IMG/VR virus record: IMGVR_UViG_3300044990_000860
Location: 1 to 25,942 of that record
Source of the DNA: a virus
Lineage: Duplodnaviria > Caudoviricetes
Length of the DNA stretch: 25,942 bases
Reading direction: 5' to 3' (one strand)
Shown here: piece by piece, positions 18,383 through 25,942 of the stretch
How positions within the stretch are numbered: the first letter of the stretch is position 1
Layout: each line of letters begins with the position of its first letter
Position numbers and translations under genes: made by a program
Notes under the pieces: model-generated
The model's database searches: none
Seen by the model: the letters and a program-made list of their open reading frames with translations, nothing else
Told to the model about the DNA's origin: nothing

Positions 18383-19281
18383 CCTGCTTTTTTCATGGAA
18401 ACGCTGGTTATATATCCACCACTGCGGAACTTTTCAATACTCCATTCTCTCAGTTGGCGCGGGGTATGTTGCACTGTTAAAGAAACAGATATATCAAATA
18501 TTGCAGGCACCCTTGTTACCTTAGACTGCGGACTAGCAGTCACAGTAACATAGTCAGGATCATTAGGCAGTGTAATAGCGAAATTTTTCACAACTACAGG
18601 AATGTTTAAAAACATACCACCACCATGCGCATCAAAGTATAACACAGGTGGAGGAGTTCCTCGTTGTGGATTTACACTAGCACCAAAACTCATTTTTGTA
18701 ATCAAGCGCAGAAAATGCAAGCAGGCTAAATTATATCGGGCTTCTAGCTGAGTTTGACTGCTGAAACTACCTGATACTGTGATAGTTGGGGCACTGGTTC
18801 TACTATATGCTAAAATTTCTTGATTGGTATGAACAGCGTTAAGACTATCATACTGTACATCTTGATTGTATGTAATATTTGGTGTATATGGCCAAATCAT
18901 TCCACCATAGTTTTGTAAGTTAACCCAAGGATTATCTGCATATAATAACTTATATGCTACGCTGTTGGGCTTAGCACGTAAACGAGCACGCAAATCAGTT
19001 GCACTAGGCCCAGAAACCGCATTGTTGGCTGTGGTATCCTCTAGTTTAGTGGGATCTATTCCCTGCAATGCATTTTGAGTTACTGTTAGCTGTCGTTGTG
19101 TTTCACGACCAACACTTCTTTCAGCAAATCGTGCGCCTAAAACTGCCCCGCTTAGTTCGCTATAAGTATTAAAGGGTTTAAATACATCTGATTCGAACGT
19201 ATCAGGAGCATCTGCAGGCTGTATATCTGGGGCTTGAGTAGGCCCCGGAGATGCTTGATTTGAAGATTTTCTTAGGCCCAT
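18373..19281 (-). CDS. Tail tube initiator / baseplate-tube junction protein (gp48/gp54-like), 302 aa
   Basis: GMIWPYTPNITY, ITVSGSF, GTPPPVLYF..HG..F.NIPVVVKNF..LP..PDY; first gene after the late promoter; GGAG RBS at 19292-19295. Confidence 0.7.
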   Translation of the reverse strand: MGLRKSSNQASPGPTQAPDIQPADAPDTFESDVFKPFNTYSELSGAVLGARFAERSVGRETQRQLTVTQNALQGIDPTKLEDTTANNAVSGPSATDLRARLRAKPNSVAYKLLYADNPWVNLQNYGGMIWPYTPNITYNQDVQYDSLNAVHTNQEILAYSRTSAPTITVSGSFSSQTQLEARYNLACLHFLRLITKMSFGASVNPQRGTPPPVLYFDAHGGGMFLNIPVVVKNFAITLPNDPDYVTVTASPQSKVTRVPAIFDISVSLTVQHTPRQLREWSIEKFRSGGYITSVSMKKAGWI

Positions 19282-19305
19282 AAATATAAGACTCCAGGTT
19301 TGTTA

Positions 19306-19313
19306 TATTTATA
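19306..19313 (-). promoter_or_regulatory. T4-type late promoter TATAAATA for the baseplate operon
   Basis: Plus strand TATTTATA at 19306-19313, 25 nt upstream of ATG 19281. Confidence 0.82.
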
Positions 19314-19331
19314 GCACGAAAAACCGGGATT

Positions 19332-19360
19332 TTGACACTGACAAATACCGGGTTTATAAT
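19332..19360 (+). promoter_or_regulatory. Perfect sigma70 consensus promoter TTGACA-N17-TATAAT for the late sigma gene
   Basis: TTGACA 19332-19337, 17-nt spacer, TATAAT 19355-19360; GGAG RBS 19373-19376; TTG start 19384. Confidence 0.9.
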
Positions 19361-19383
19361 CTTGATGATTTTGGAGACAAATA

Positions 19384-21180
19384 TTGACTATAACCGCTGC
19401 AATTAAAATCAAATACTTAACGAACCGTGAACTCTTAGAACAAATCCACGCTAGCAAAAATACCTATTGCAGCTACTTGGAAAATATTTACAGCAGTTTT
19501 GATATAATAACTCAAGATTTAAACTTGATAAATCTTGAAACTCTTGAGCAAGCTAAAATACGCAAAGCTGAACTGCAATCACAACGTTTACGTAAAGAAG
19601 CGCAAGCTCGTGGTGAAAAAAATCCTGTATATCGAGTAGATCCTGACAGCTTGGATATTGAACAGGTTGTGGTTAGATTAATGACTTATGATCATATTCC
19701 ACCTCATCCCATCAAACACGAAATGGGAAAAACTGTTGCAGAACGCCATATTAAAATAAACTTTCCAGCTTTCCAACATTTTATTTGGACCAATGACTGT
19801 TGGGTATGTGTGGGCAAAAGTCACTGGCGTGGTGGTTTACAAAACGGAGAGTTTTGTAATAACCATGGTTACATTACACCCAAGCTTGCCATGATGTTTA
19901 TGAAACTTGTGGAAAAATACAGTAAAAAAGGCAACTGGAGGGGCTATTGCGTTGATGATCAGACTCAAGCTCTAACTCAAAGGGGTTGGTTAAACACTAA
20001 TGAAATTAACGAAACGGATATTATTTTAAGTTACGAAACAGGAGATCTCAAGTGGAGCAAAATCAAATCTATTTACCGAGGTGATTTTGATGGTCTGATG
20101 CACAAAGTAACTTGTCGGAGCATTGATAGTTTGATTACACCTAATCATAAAATAGTTACTGCTCGTGGCTTAATACCTATTGAACAAATTTGTGAAAATG
20201 ATAAAATAGTTGTCATGGGCAATGCTGAAAAAGGAAATGATGTAAGCCAATATGCAGATTCTTTGGTAGAATTAGCGGGCTGGATAATAACAGAAGGCTG
20301 CTATGATTATGATAGGCAAGGCAATATAAAAAGCATTGCTATCTATCAAAATCCCGGAGCCAACGCTGATAAAATCCGTAAAGCCCTGGAAACTCAAAAC
20401 TTTACTTTCACTGAAAACCTGCGCAAAAATAACATTTGCTTTAGAATTTGGAAGTCAGATAGTAAAACTTTGGAAAACTTATTCCCTAATAAAAACATCC
20501 CTATGAGTTTTATTCTGGAACTTACTAATGATCAACGTGAACTGCTGTTGCAAACATTAATTGCCGGTGATGGATGGAATCGCAAAACCAGTGTTAGCTG
20601 GGTGCAAAAAGATCAAGGACGAACAGACATGTTTCAAGCTCTTTGCACTTTATTAGGTAAGAAAACAAATAGTCATAAACATACTCATGTAAGTTTTGGT
20701 AAAGAAACAGAATGTATTACCACAAATGTTTTCAGTAATCGAGCTAATAACACAACCGGGGCTTGTTTAAACTTACATGGCGGCAAACGGAATGGTAGAA
20801 GTCATCCTGGACGTGGTAAAGCCATGCATCCTAACGAACCAACAACATATTACCAGGGACAAGTATGGTGTCCAGAAACAGAATATGGTTGCTTTGTGGC
20901 ACGACGTAATGGAAAAGTTTATCTAACTGGCAATACATATAATGAAGAAATGCAAGGACAAGCTTTGTTGCAGCTAAGTCAGATAGGACTACAGTTTGAC
21001 GAAAGTCGCAGTGAAAATCCATTTGCATATTATACGTCCGCAGTGCAGAATTCATTTACTCGAATACTAAATACTGAAAAACGAAACCAAAACATTCGTG
21101 ATGACTTGTTAATAATGCACGGATCTACTCCCAGCTACACAAGACAAACAGAAAACGAAATAGCACAAAAAACTGATTAA
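19384..21180 (+). CDS. gp55: Late-transcription sigma factor (T4 gp55-like) precursor containing an intein; 598 aa, 269 aa after splicing
   Basis: N-terminal YLTNRELL; NWRGY|TYNEEMQGQALLQL...FDESRSENPFAYYT...NSFTRILNTEKR matches gp55-family motifs once the intein is removed. TATAAATA promoters and gp47/gp46 are adjacent, as in T4. Confidence 0.85.
   Translation: MTITAAIKIKYLTNRELLEQIHASKNTYCSYLENIYSSFDIITQDLNLINLETLEQAKIRKAELQSQRLRKEAQARGEKNPVYRVDPDSLDIEQVVVRLMTYDHIPPHPIKHEMGKTVAERHIKINFPAFQHFIWTNDCWVCVGKSHWRGGLQNGEFCNNHGYITPKLAMMFMKLVEKYSKKGNWRGYCVDDQTQALTQRGWLNTNEINETDIILSYETGDLKWSKIKSIYRGDFDGLMHKVTCRSIDSLITPNHKIVTARGLIPIEQICENDKIVVMGNAEKGNDVSQYADSLVELAGWIITEGCYDYDRQGNIKSIAIYQNPGANADKIRKALETQNFTFTENLRKNNICFRIWKSDSKTLENLFPNKNIPMSFILELTNDQRELLLQTLIAGDGWNRKTSVSWVQKDQGRTDMFQALCTLLGKKTNSHKHTHVSFGKETECITTNVFSNRANNTTGACLNLHGGKRNGRSHPGRGKAMHPNEPTTYYQGQVWCPETEYGCFVARRNGKVYLTGNTYNEEMQGQALLQLSQIGLQFDESRSENPFAYYTSAVQNSFTRILNTEKRNQNIRDDLLIMHGSTPSYTRQTENEIAQKTD
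19948..20934 (+). mobile_element. Intein with LAGLIDADG homing endonuclease (329 aa, Cys1...Gly-Asn / Thr+1)
   Basis: Block A CVDDQTQALTQRGW; block B ITPNHKI; LAGLIDADG-like LAGWIITEG and LQTLIAGDG; blocks F/G VWCPETEYGCFVARRNGKVYLTGN followed by Thr. Confidence 0.92.
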
Positions 21181-21249
21181 CGGTCAAGGAGACAAATATG
21201 AGTTTGGGCGATTGGTGTTCACATATTCAGGAATAGCTGTTACATAAGT

Positions 21250-21278
21250 TTGATTATCATGTCTGTCTAAGCTACTAT
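21250..21278 (+). promoter_or_regulatory. Putative sigma70 promoter TTGATT-N17-TACTAT for gp47 (possibly leaderless)
   Basis: The -10 ends 8 nt before ATG 21287, and no Shine-Dalgarno precedes that ATG. Confidence 0.5.
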
Positions 21279-21286
21279 CAGTAGCT

Positions 21287-22309
21287 ATGACAAATCGCAC
21301 CCCCCAACTTGATAACATCGCAGCTTTCACCGATCTGCATTTTGGAATGAAAAACAACAGTCGCGAGCATAACATGCAATGCGAACAGTTTTTGTTGTGG
21401 TTTATAGAACAGGCTCAAAAACAAGGTTGTAAAACATGTGTGTTTCTAGGCGACTGGCATCATGTACGCAGTGCCATTAATATTTCCACGCTGAACTACA
21501 GTGTTGCCGGCTTGCGCTTGCTTAGTGCCGCTTTTGATGATGTATTTTTTATCATTGGCAATCATGATTTATATTTCCGTGACAAACTGGAAATACACAG
21601 CATACCTTACATTCAAGAATTTGATAACATTCACTTGATTGATAAAATCACCACAGTGGGCGACCATGCTTTTGTTCCCTGGCTGGTGGGAGATGAATGG
21701 AAAAAGGTTGTTGATATTTCTGTTCCCTATATTTGGGGTCATTTTGAACTGCCAAGGTTCAAAATGAATGCCATGGTGGAAATGCCCGACCATGGCCACC
21801 TAAATGGCAATCATTTAGCCAAGCAAAAATACGTTTTCAGTGGTCACTTTCACAAACGTCAAGTTCAAGGCAATGTGCATTATATTGGTAATGCATTTCC
21901 CCACAACTACAGTGATGTTTGGGATGATGAGCGTGGCATGATGTTTTGGCAAAAAAATCATGAGCCACGTTATGTTGCATGGCCACAAGCTCCACGATAC
22001 CGTGTGTTAACTCTGCAAGATCTTCTTTATGATCCTCAGCGTCATTTGCAACCACAAAATCACGTAAGAGTGCAAATTCCTCAAGACACTGACTATCTTG
22101 ACATGACTTTCCTACGTGAAGTATTACAAGCAGCTTGGCCAGTTAATGAACTGGCGTTTCAAACCGCTGTGAGTAATGAAGTTGCAGAACTTCAAGATGA
22201 AGCAATAGACTTTCAAAGTGTTGACACTATTGTTATCAGTCACTTAAACAGTATTGAAAGCAAAACTATTGACTGTAAAAAACTAGTGGAAATTTATCAG
22301 AGTCTATAA
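21287..22309 (+). CDS. gp47: Recombination endonuclease subunit, gp47/Mre11/SbcD-like (340 aa)
   Basis: Metallophosphoesterase motifs FTDLHFG, LGDWHH, IGNHD, GHFE, SGHFH. Confidence 0.93.
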   Translation: MTNRTPQLDNIAAFTDLHFGMKNNSREHNMQCEQFLLWFIEQAQKQGCKTCVFLGDWHHVRSAINISTLNYSVAGLRLLSAAFDDVFFIIGNHDLYFRDKLEIHSIPYIQEFDNIHLIDKITTVGDHAFVPWLVGDEWKKVVDISVPYIWGHFELPRFKMNAMVEMPDHGHLNGNHLAKQKYVFSGHFHKRQVQGNVHYIGNAFPHNYSDVWDDERGMMFWQKNHEPRYVAWPQAPRYRVLTLQDLLYDPQRHLQPQNHVRVQIPQDTDYLDMTFLREVLQAAWPVNELAFQTAVSNEVAELQDEAIDFQSVDTIVISHLNSIESKTIDCKKLVEIYQSL

Positions 22310-24081
22310 TGCTGCAATATCACAATGTAGAAATACGCAACTTCCTTAGTGTTGGTACTGTTCCACAAACAGTGGATTTAACTCGCAGCGGATTTACTTT
22401 GGTGTTAGGGGAAAACCTTGACATGGGTGGTCAAGGCAACCGTAATGGCGTGGGAAAAACCACGCTGTTAAATGCCATTAGCTATGCACTGTACGGCCAA
22501 GCTCTAAGCAATATCAAAAAAGACAACTTGGTCAATCGCATCAACAGCAAAAACATGAGCGTTTGTTTGGAGTTCAGTCGCGATGGTCAAACATATCGCA
22601 TTGAACGCGGCCGTAAACCAGCTTTCTTTAGATTTATTGTTAACGATCAAATGGTCAACAGTCCTGATACTGATGAAGCTCAAGGTGAAAACCGCGAGAC
22701 TCAAAAGCAAGTGGAAGCTGTGCTGGGCATGACGCATACTATGTTCTGCAACATTGTGGCGTTGAACACTTACACCCTGCCATTTTTAAGTCAAGGTGCA
22801 GGCAAGCAACGGGAAATCATCGAAGAACTCTTGATGATTACCATGCTTAGCACCAAGGCTGAAACGCTAAAGGAACGCATTAAAGAAACACGCATACAAC
22901 AAGATCAAGAAGATTTCAAAATAAAAACCATTGAAGCCAGCAATGAAAAGATTGCTCGCACACTTGCTGATCTCAATACTCGCAGTGAAAAATGGCAAGT
23001 TCAACATCAAGACAAAATAAATGACATTCAACAAGCTCTTGACAGCATGAGCCAGTTAGATATTGAAGTTGAAATACAAGCACATAGAGATCGAGTAGAT
23101 GTTGACAAGCTCAAGTCTGCACGGAACGAGCAACAGCGTTTGCTTACAGGAAAAAATCGTCTTGTAACTAACTTGCAAACTCAGCTAGACAAAAACATGG
23201 CAAACTATCGTCAAGTATTAGACGCACAATGCCCCATGTGTCAGCAAGGGCTAAGTGATCACAATCACAAAGAAATTCTGGGTAATCTTGAGCAACAGAT
23301 TTTGCAGTTGGATCAACAACTGCAACCGTTAAATCTAGAAGTTAAACAACATCAAGAATACATTCAGGAACTAGCGCAAGCAGAACGTAGTTTTGATATA
23401 CCCAACACTTTATACAATAATCTTGAACAAGCTTTGAGCCATCTCAACAGCATGGAAAACCTTCAGCAGGAAATGTCACGGCTGCAACAGGAAACCAATC
23501 CCTATCTTGATCAACAACACAGTTTGACAGCCACACTGCAACCTATAAACCACAACATACTGAATCAACTCAATAGTCAACGTGAACACCAAGAGTTTTT
23601 GTTGAAGTTGCTTACCAACAAAGAAAGTTTCATCCGCAAAAAGATTATTGATCAAAATCTTGCCTATCTCAATACACGTTTGCAAGATTATCTAAACCGT
23701 GTGGGCCTACCTCACCAAGTGAAGTTTCAAAATGATCTTGGCGTGGAAATTACTCACTTGGGAACAGAAATGGATTTTGATCAACTCAGCCGCGGCGAAC
23801 GCACCCGTTTAATTCTCAGCTTGAGCTGGAGTTTTCGAGACATTTGGGAAAACAACAACCAACCCATTAACTTGATTTTTGTTGACGAGTTACTTGATCA
23901 AGGACTGGATCCTCAGGGCTTGGAAAAAAGTGTGGAAATCCTCAAAGCCCATAGTCGAGACAGAAACAAAAATGTATTTCTAGTCAGTCATCGAGAAGAA
24001 CTTGTGTCACGAGTCAGTAACGTCCTTACAGTTATCAAAGAGGATAACTTTTCAAGATTTGAATGGGGTTATGAAGGTTGA
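22309..24081 (+). CDS. gp46: Recombination ATPase subunit, gp46/Rad50/SbcC-like (590 aa)
   Basis: Walker A NGVGKTT, coiled coils with CPMC zinc hook, signature LSRGE, Walker B IFVDELLD, H-loop VSH; TAATG coupling to gp47. Confidence 0.94.
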   Translation: MLQYHNVEIRNFLSVGTVPQTVDLTRSGFTLVLGENLDMGGQGNRNGVGKTTLLNAISYALYGQALSNIKKDNLVNRINSKNMSVCLEFSRDGQTYRIERGRKPAFFRFIVNDQMVNSPDTDEAQGENRETQKQVEAVLGMTHTMFCNIVALNTYTLPFLSQGAGKQREIIEELLMITMLSTKAETLKERIKETRIQQDQEDFKIKTIEASNEKIARTLADLNTRSEKWQVQHQDKINDIQQALDSMSQLDIEVEIQAHRDRVDVDKLKSARNEQQRLLTGKNRLVTNLQTQLDKNMANYRQVLDAQCPMCQQGLSDHNHKEILGNLEQQILQLDQQLQPLNLEVKQHQEYIQELAQAERSFDIPNTLYNNLEQALSHLNSMENLQQEMSRLQQETNPYLDQQHSLTATLQPINHNILNQLNSQREHQEFLLKLLTNKESFIRKKIIDQNLAYLNTRLQDYLNRVGLPHQVKFQNDLGVEITHLGTEMDFDQLSRGERTRLILSLSWSFRDIWENNNQPINLIFVDELLDQGLDPQGLEKSVEILKAHSRDRNKNVFLVSHREELVSRVSNVLTVIKEDNFSRFEWGYEG

Positions 24082-24581
24082 GTTTTCACTATGTTGCGTA
24101 TTACATCGCGATTAACAGTGAACAAGTCATTGAAATCCGTGACAATATAATGTTGATACCTAGCATAATTGCCTATTTGCAGTTGTGCGTGCCACTTTTC
24201 ATGGAACACAGCGAAACTACCTTGTCTGTTAATACGGAATACCACCACACTGAAATCTTGGCTGGTAATGTTTTCTTCCAGTTGTTTGATCCAGCCGTCT
24301 AATAGAGGTATTTTTTCATTTTTCAACAGTTTGCTAAAAGGAAACTCTTTGTAAAACTTGCTTTCAATAACCAAACCTCTCATGTCACTGGGTGGAATGA
24401 TGTCAGCACGAAAACTAGCTATTTGTCCTTGATCCATTAGTTGTTGGCGATGATTGTTCGCACCTCCTAAAAATGCTCCACTGTTCGGAACACGAATAAA
24501 CTTGGCCTGATAAAGTTCAGTTAAAAAGTTAGCGATTATACGCTCGCCTGTATTACCTTTGTTTTTGCCTGCACTGGGCAT
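24069..24581 (-). CDS. PD-(D/E)XK nuclease, Holliday-junction-resolvase-like (170 aa)
   Basis: KNKGNTGERIIANFL...RVPNSGAF...ADII...VIESKFYK; convergent 13-nt overlap with gp46; TTAAATA (late-promoter variant) and AGGTG upstream. Confidence 0.78.
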   Translation of the reverse strand: MPSAGKNKGNTGERIIANFLTELYQAKFIRVPNSGAFLGGANNHRQQLMDQGQIASFRADIIPPSDMRGLVIESKFYKEFPFSKLLKNEKIPLLDGWIKQLEENITSQDFSVVVFRINRQGSFAVFHEKWHAQLQIGNYARYQHYIVTDFNDLFTVNRDVIRNIVKTQPS

Positions 24582-24613
24582 GTTTTTTCACCTAAAAAAA
24601 ATATTTAAGCTTG

Positions 24614-24642
24614 TTGACAAACTTACAAGAACATACAATAAT
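24614..24642 (+). promoter_or_regulatory. Putative sigma70 promoter TTGACA-N17-AATAAT
   Basis: TTGACA 24614-24619, AATAAT 24637-24642; implies the downstream ORF starts at ATG 24665 (AGGA upstream) rather than 24611. Confidence 0.6.
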
Positions 24643-24664
24643 GACTACAGGAATCGCAATAAAC

Positions 24665-25474
24665 ATGAGTCATTCAGCATATAATCGCAACAACACTTGG
24701 CAAAAGACTTTTGAGTTGACTGCAACCGAAAGTCAGTCCAGAACTTTAGGTCATTTCATTAAAAATGAACTGGCTTATTATCAAGCTTTGAGTCACATGT
24801 TGGGAATACGCATGCGTGCGTTTCCCGAAGACTTTGTGCAAGTTAGCACAAACGTTCGCCAACTATGGTTGTTTGCTGCACAGTTTTCTGTCAGTAGCGA
24901 CAAACTCAAAACTCAGCCTCGCAAAACTTGGCCTCAGCAAATTGAGCACTGCTGGTCCACTGCTTACAATAATAAAAATCAATGGCAAATGAGCAGTGGA
25001 ACAGAAAGTGTCATGAATATTCTTGCTACAACGTGTCATTTACATCCAGATGTGCGTCGTAACATGGCAGAGGAAATACTAAATCAAGTTTGTCATCAAG
25101 CAGAAATCCTGCATGCTGCACAAAAGACTGAGGAACTCCGCACACCTGTTCAAACTCTTCCGCAACATGAATGGTCCACAAAACGCCATGTGCAAATTCC
25201 CCGGCAGTTGGTTAGCATTGCATATAATGCCATGAAAAACCGTAGTGAAATTACCATTCCCTATTGCCGTGAGCCTTTGCTGCTAAATGAACAAAATATT
25301 CAAGACACTCGTTGGGATATTTTGGTTGTCAGCCAAGTTGATCCAGACTTTACTAACTCAGAAAACTTGCAAATCTCTTTGAGAACCACTAGAGATAGAT
25401 ACCTTATTAAATATCGTGACGAAACTAAAAAACCCTGGGCACAATCTAGAAAAATTACACCAGGTCTAAGATAG
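24665..25474 (+). CDS. Hypothetical protein (~269 aa) resembling the TnpB/Cas12 WED-REC half, lacking RuvC and Zn finger
   Basis: The ORF itself is well supported (long, with its own promoter). KTFELTATESQSRTLGHFIKNELAYYQAL resembles the TnpB N-terminal K.f.L.pt.eQ...L.......yN.al pattern; KRHVQIP...ITIPY resembles WED strands. No GIDxG or CxxC motifs. The homology is judged by eye only. Confidence 0.5.
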   Translation: MSHSAYNRNNTWQKTFELTATESQSRTLGHFIKNELAYYQALSHMLGIRMRAFPEDFVQVSTNVRQLWLFAAQFSVSSDKLKTQPRKTWPQQIEHCWSTAYNNKNQWQMSSGTESVMNILATTCHLHPDVRRNMAEEILNQVCHQAEILHAAQKTEELRTPVQTLPQHEWSTKRHVQIPRQLVSIAYNAMKNRSEITIPYCREPLLLNEQNIQDTRWDILVVSQVDPDFTNSENLQISLRTTRDRYLIKYRDETKKPWAQSRKITPGLR

Positions 25475-25900
25475 GCACACAACAGGCACCTGCCGTTAAC
25501 ATTTAAGTCTGCATACTGGCAATATAAGTGACGAAGTAAGTTCGTTAGTGCCCAAGGATAGAAATATCATACTGCACTCCAAGGATAATAGCTTAGATAC
25601 ACCTTGGCCAGGAAAAGTAAAGTAAAAAGGATCACAGCTCTGAGGGACACTTCATCTGTGATGCTGTTGTTGGTGGCTGAATATCAACAACAACAGCTTG
25701 GACAACCATAACCGCGTGGATTGGTAACAATCAAAATCCGCATCTACAAGCAGGGAAATAGGCACGCCGCCCGCTGCTCTTGGACAGAGCTAGGATGCAT
25801 TCAGCATGGCTGAGCAACTCACATGATGCTCCGCGACCCATGATTTTTCCGGGTCGGGAAAATCATGGCATCACAATCTACATGAGTGCTAAAAAAGCAT
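25475..25900 (+). ncRNA. Candidate large structured non-coding RNA, family unassigned
   Basis: No ORF >=60 aa in an otherwise gene-dense genome; at least eight stem-loops including GNRA loops (25557-25568, 25719-25732), a 10-bp stem 25663-25697, a 13-bp stem 25838-25868 and a 7-bp loop/distal pairing. Ends are approximate. Confidence 0.62.
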
Positions 25901-25942
25901 ATGTTATATCATAACTTATAAAAAAGAATAACAACTTGCTTT

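Noticed and set aside
19948-20934. Self-splicing intron in gp55
   Set aside because: The insertion is in frame, stop-free and bounded by intein blocks A and G.
24611-25474. Active IS200/IS605 TnpB nuclease or transposon
   Set aside because: No RuvC catalytic motifs, Zn finger or TnpA visible; kept only as a possible truncated derivative.
25475-25942. tRNA, tmRNA, RNase P, group I/II intron or CRISPR array
   Set aside because: No TTCGA T-loop or CCA end, no GAGGAAAGTCC, no recognisable P7 or domain V core, no regularly spaced repeats. A covariance search is still needed.
1-25942. Stop-codon reassignment as in some jumbo phages
   Set aside because: Long genes are intact in the standard code, and TAA, TAG and TGA all end plausible genes.

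Overview
This window is a segment of a large T4-like or jumbo myovirus genome read in the standard code. The minus strand carries a late baseplate operon: tube-initiator-like gene, gp53/LysM, gp27-like hub, gp5-like spike with a C-terminal lysozyme, gp25, gp6, and a >1740-aa wedge-type protein that runs off the left edge and is missing from the ORF track. Perfect TATAAATA late promoters precede it. A visibly GC-richer early island (~9.1-13.0 kb) interrupts the operon between gp5 and gp25. It encodes a SMARCAL1-like SNF2 ATPase and, divergently, a separate HARP-domain protein, plus small membrane proteins. The plus strand carries a gp55-like late sigma factor interrupted by a 329-aa LAGLIDADG intein, then gp47/gp46 (Mre11/Rad50). 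A convergent PD-(D/E)XK resolvase follows. The window ends with a protein resembling the N-terminal half of TnpB without RuvC, followed directly by ~430 nt of densely structured non-coding sequence; this protein-plus-RNA pair is the best candidate for an undescribed system. All family assignments come from motif recognition by eye; no searches or folding programs were run.
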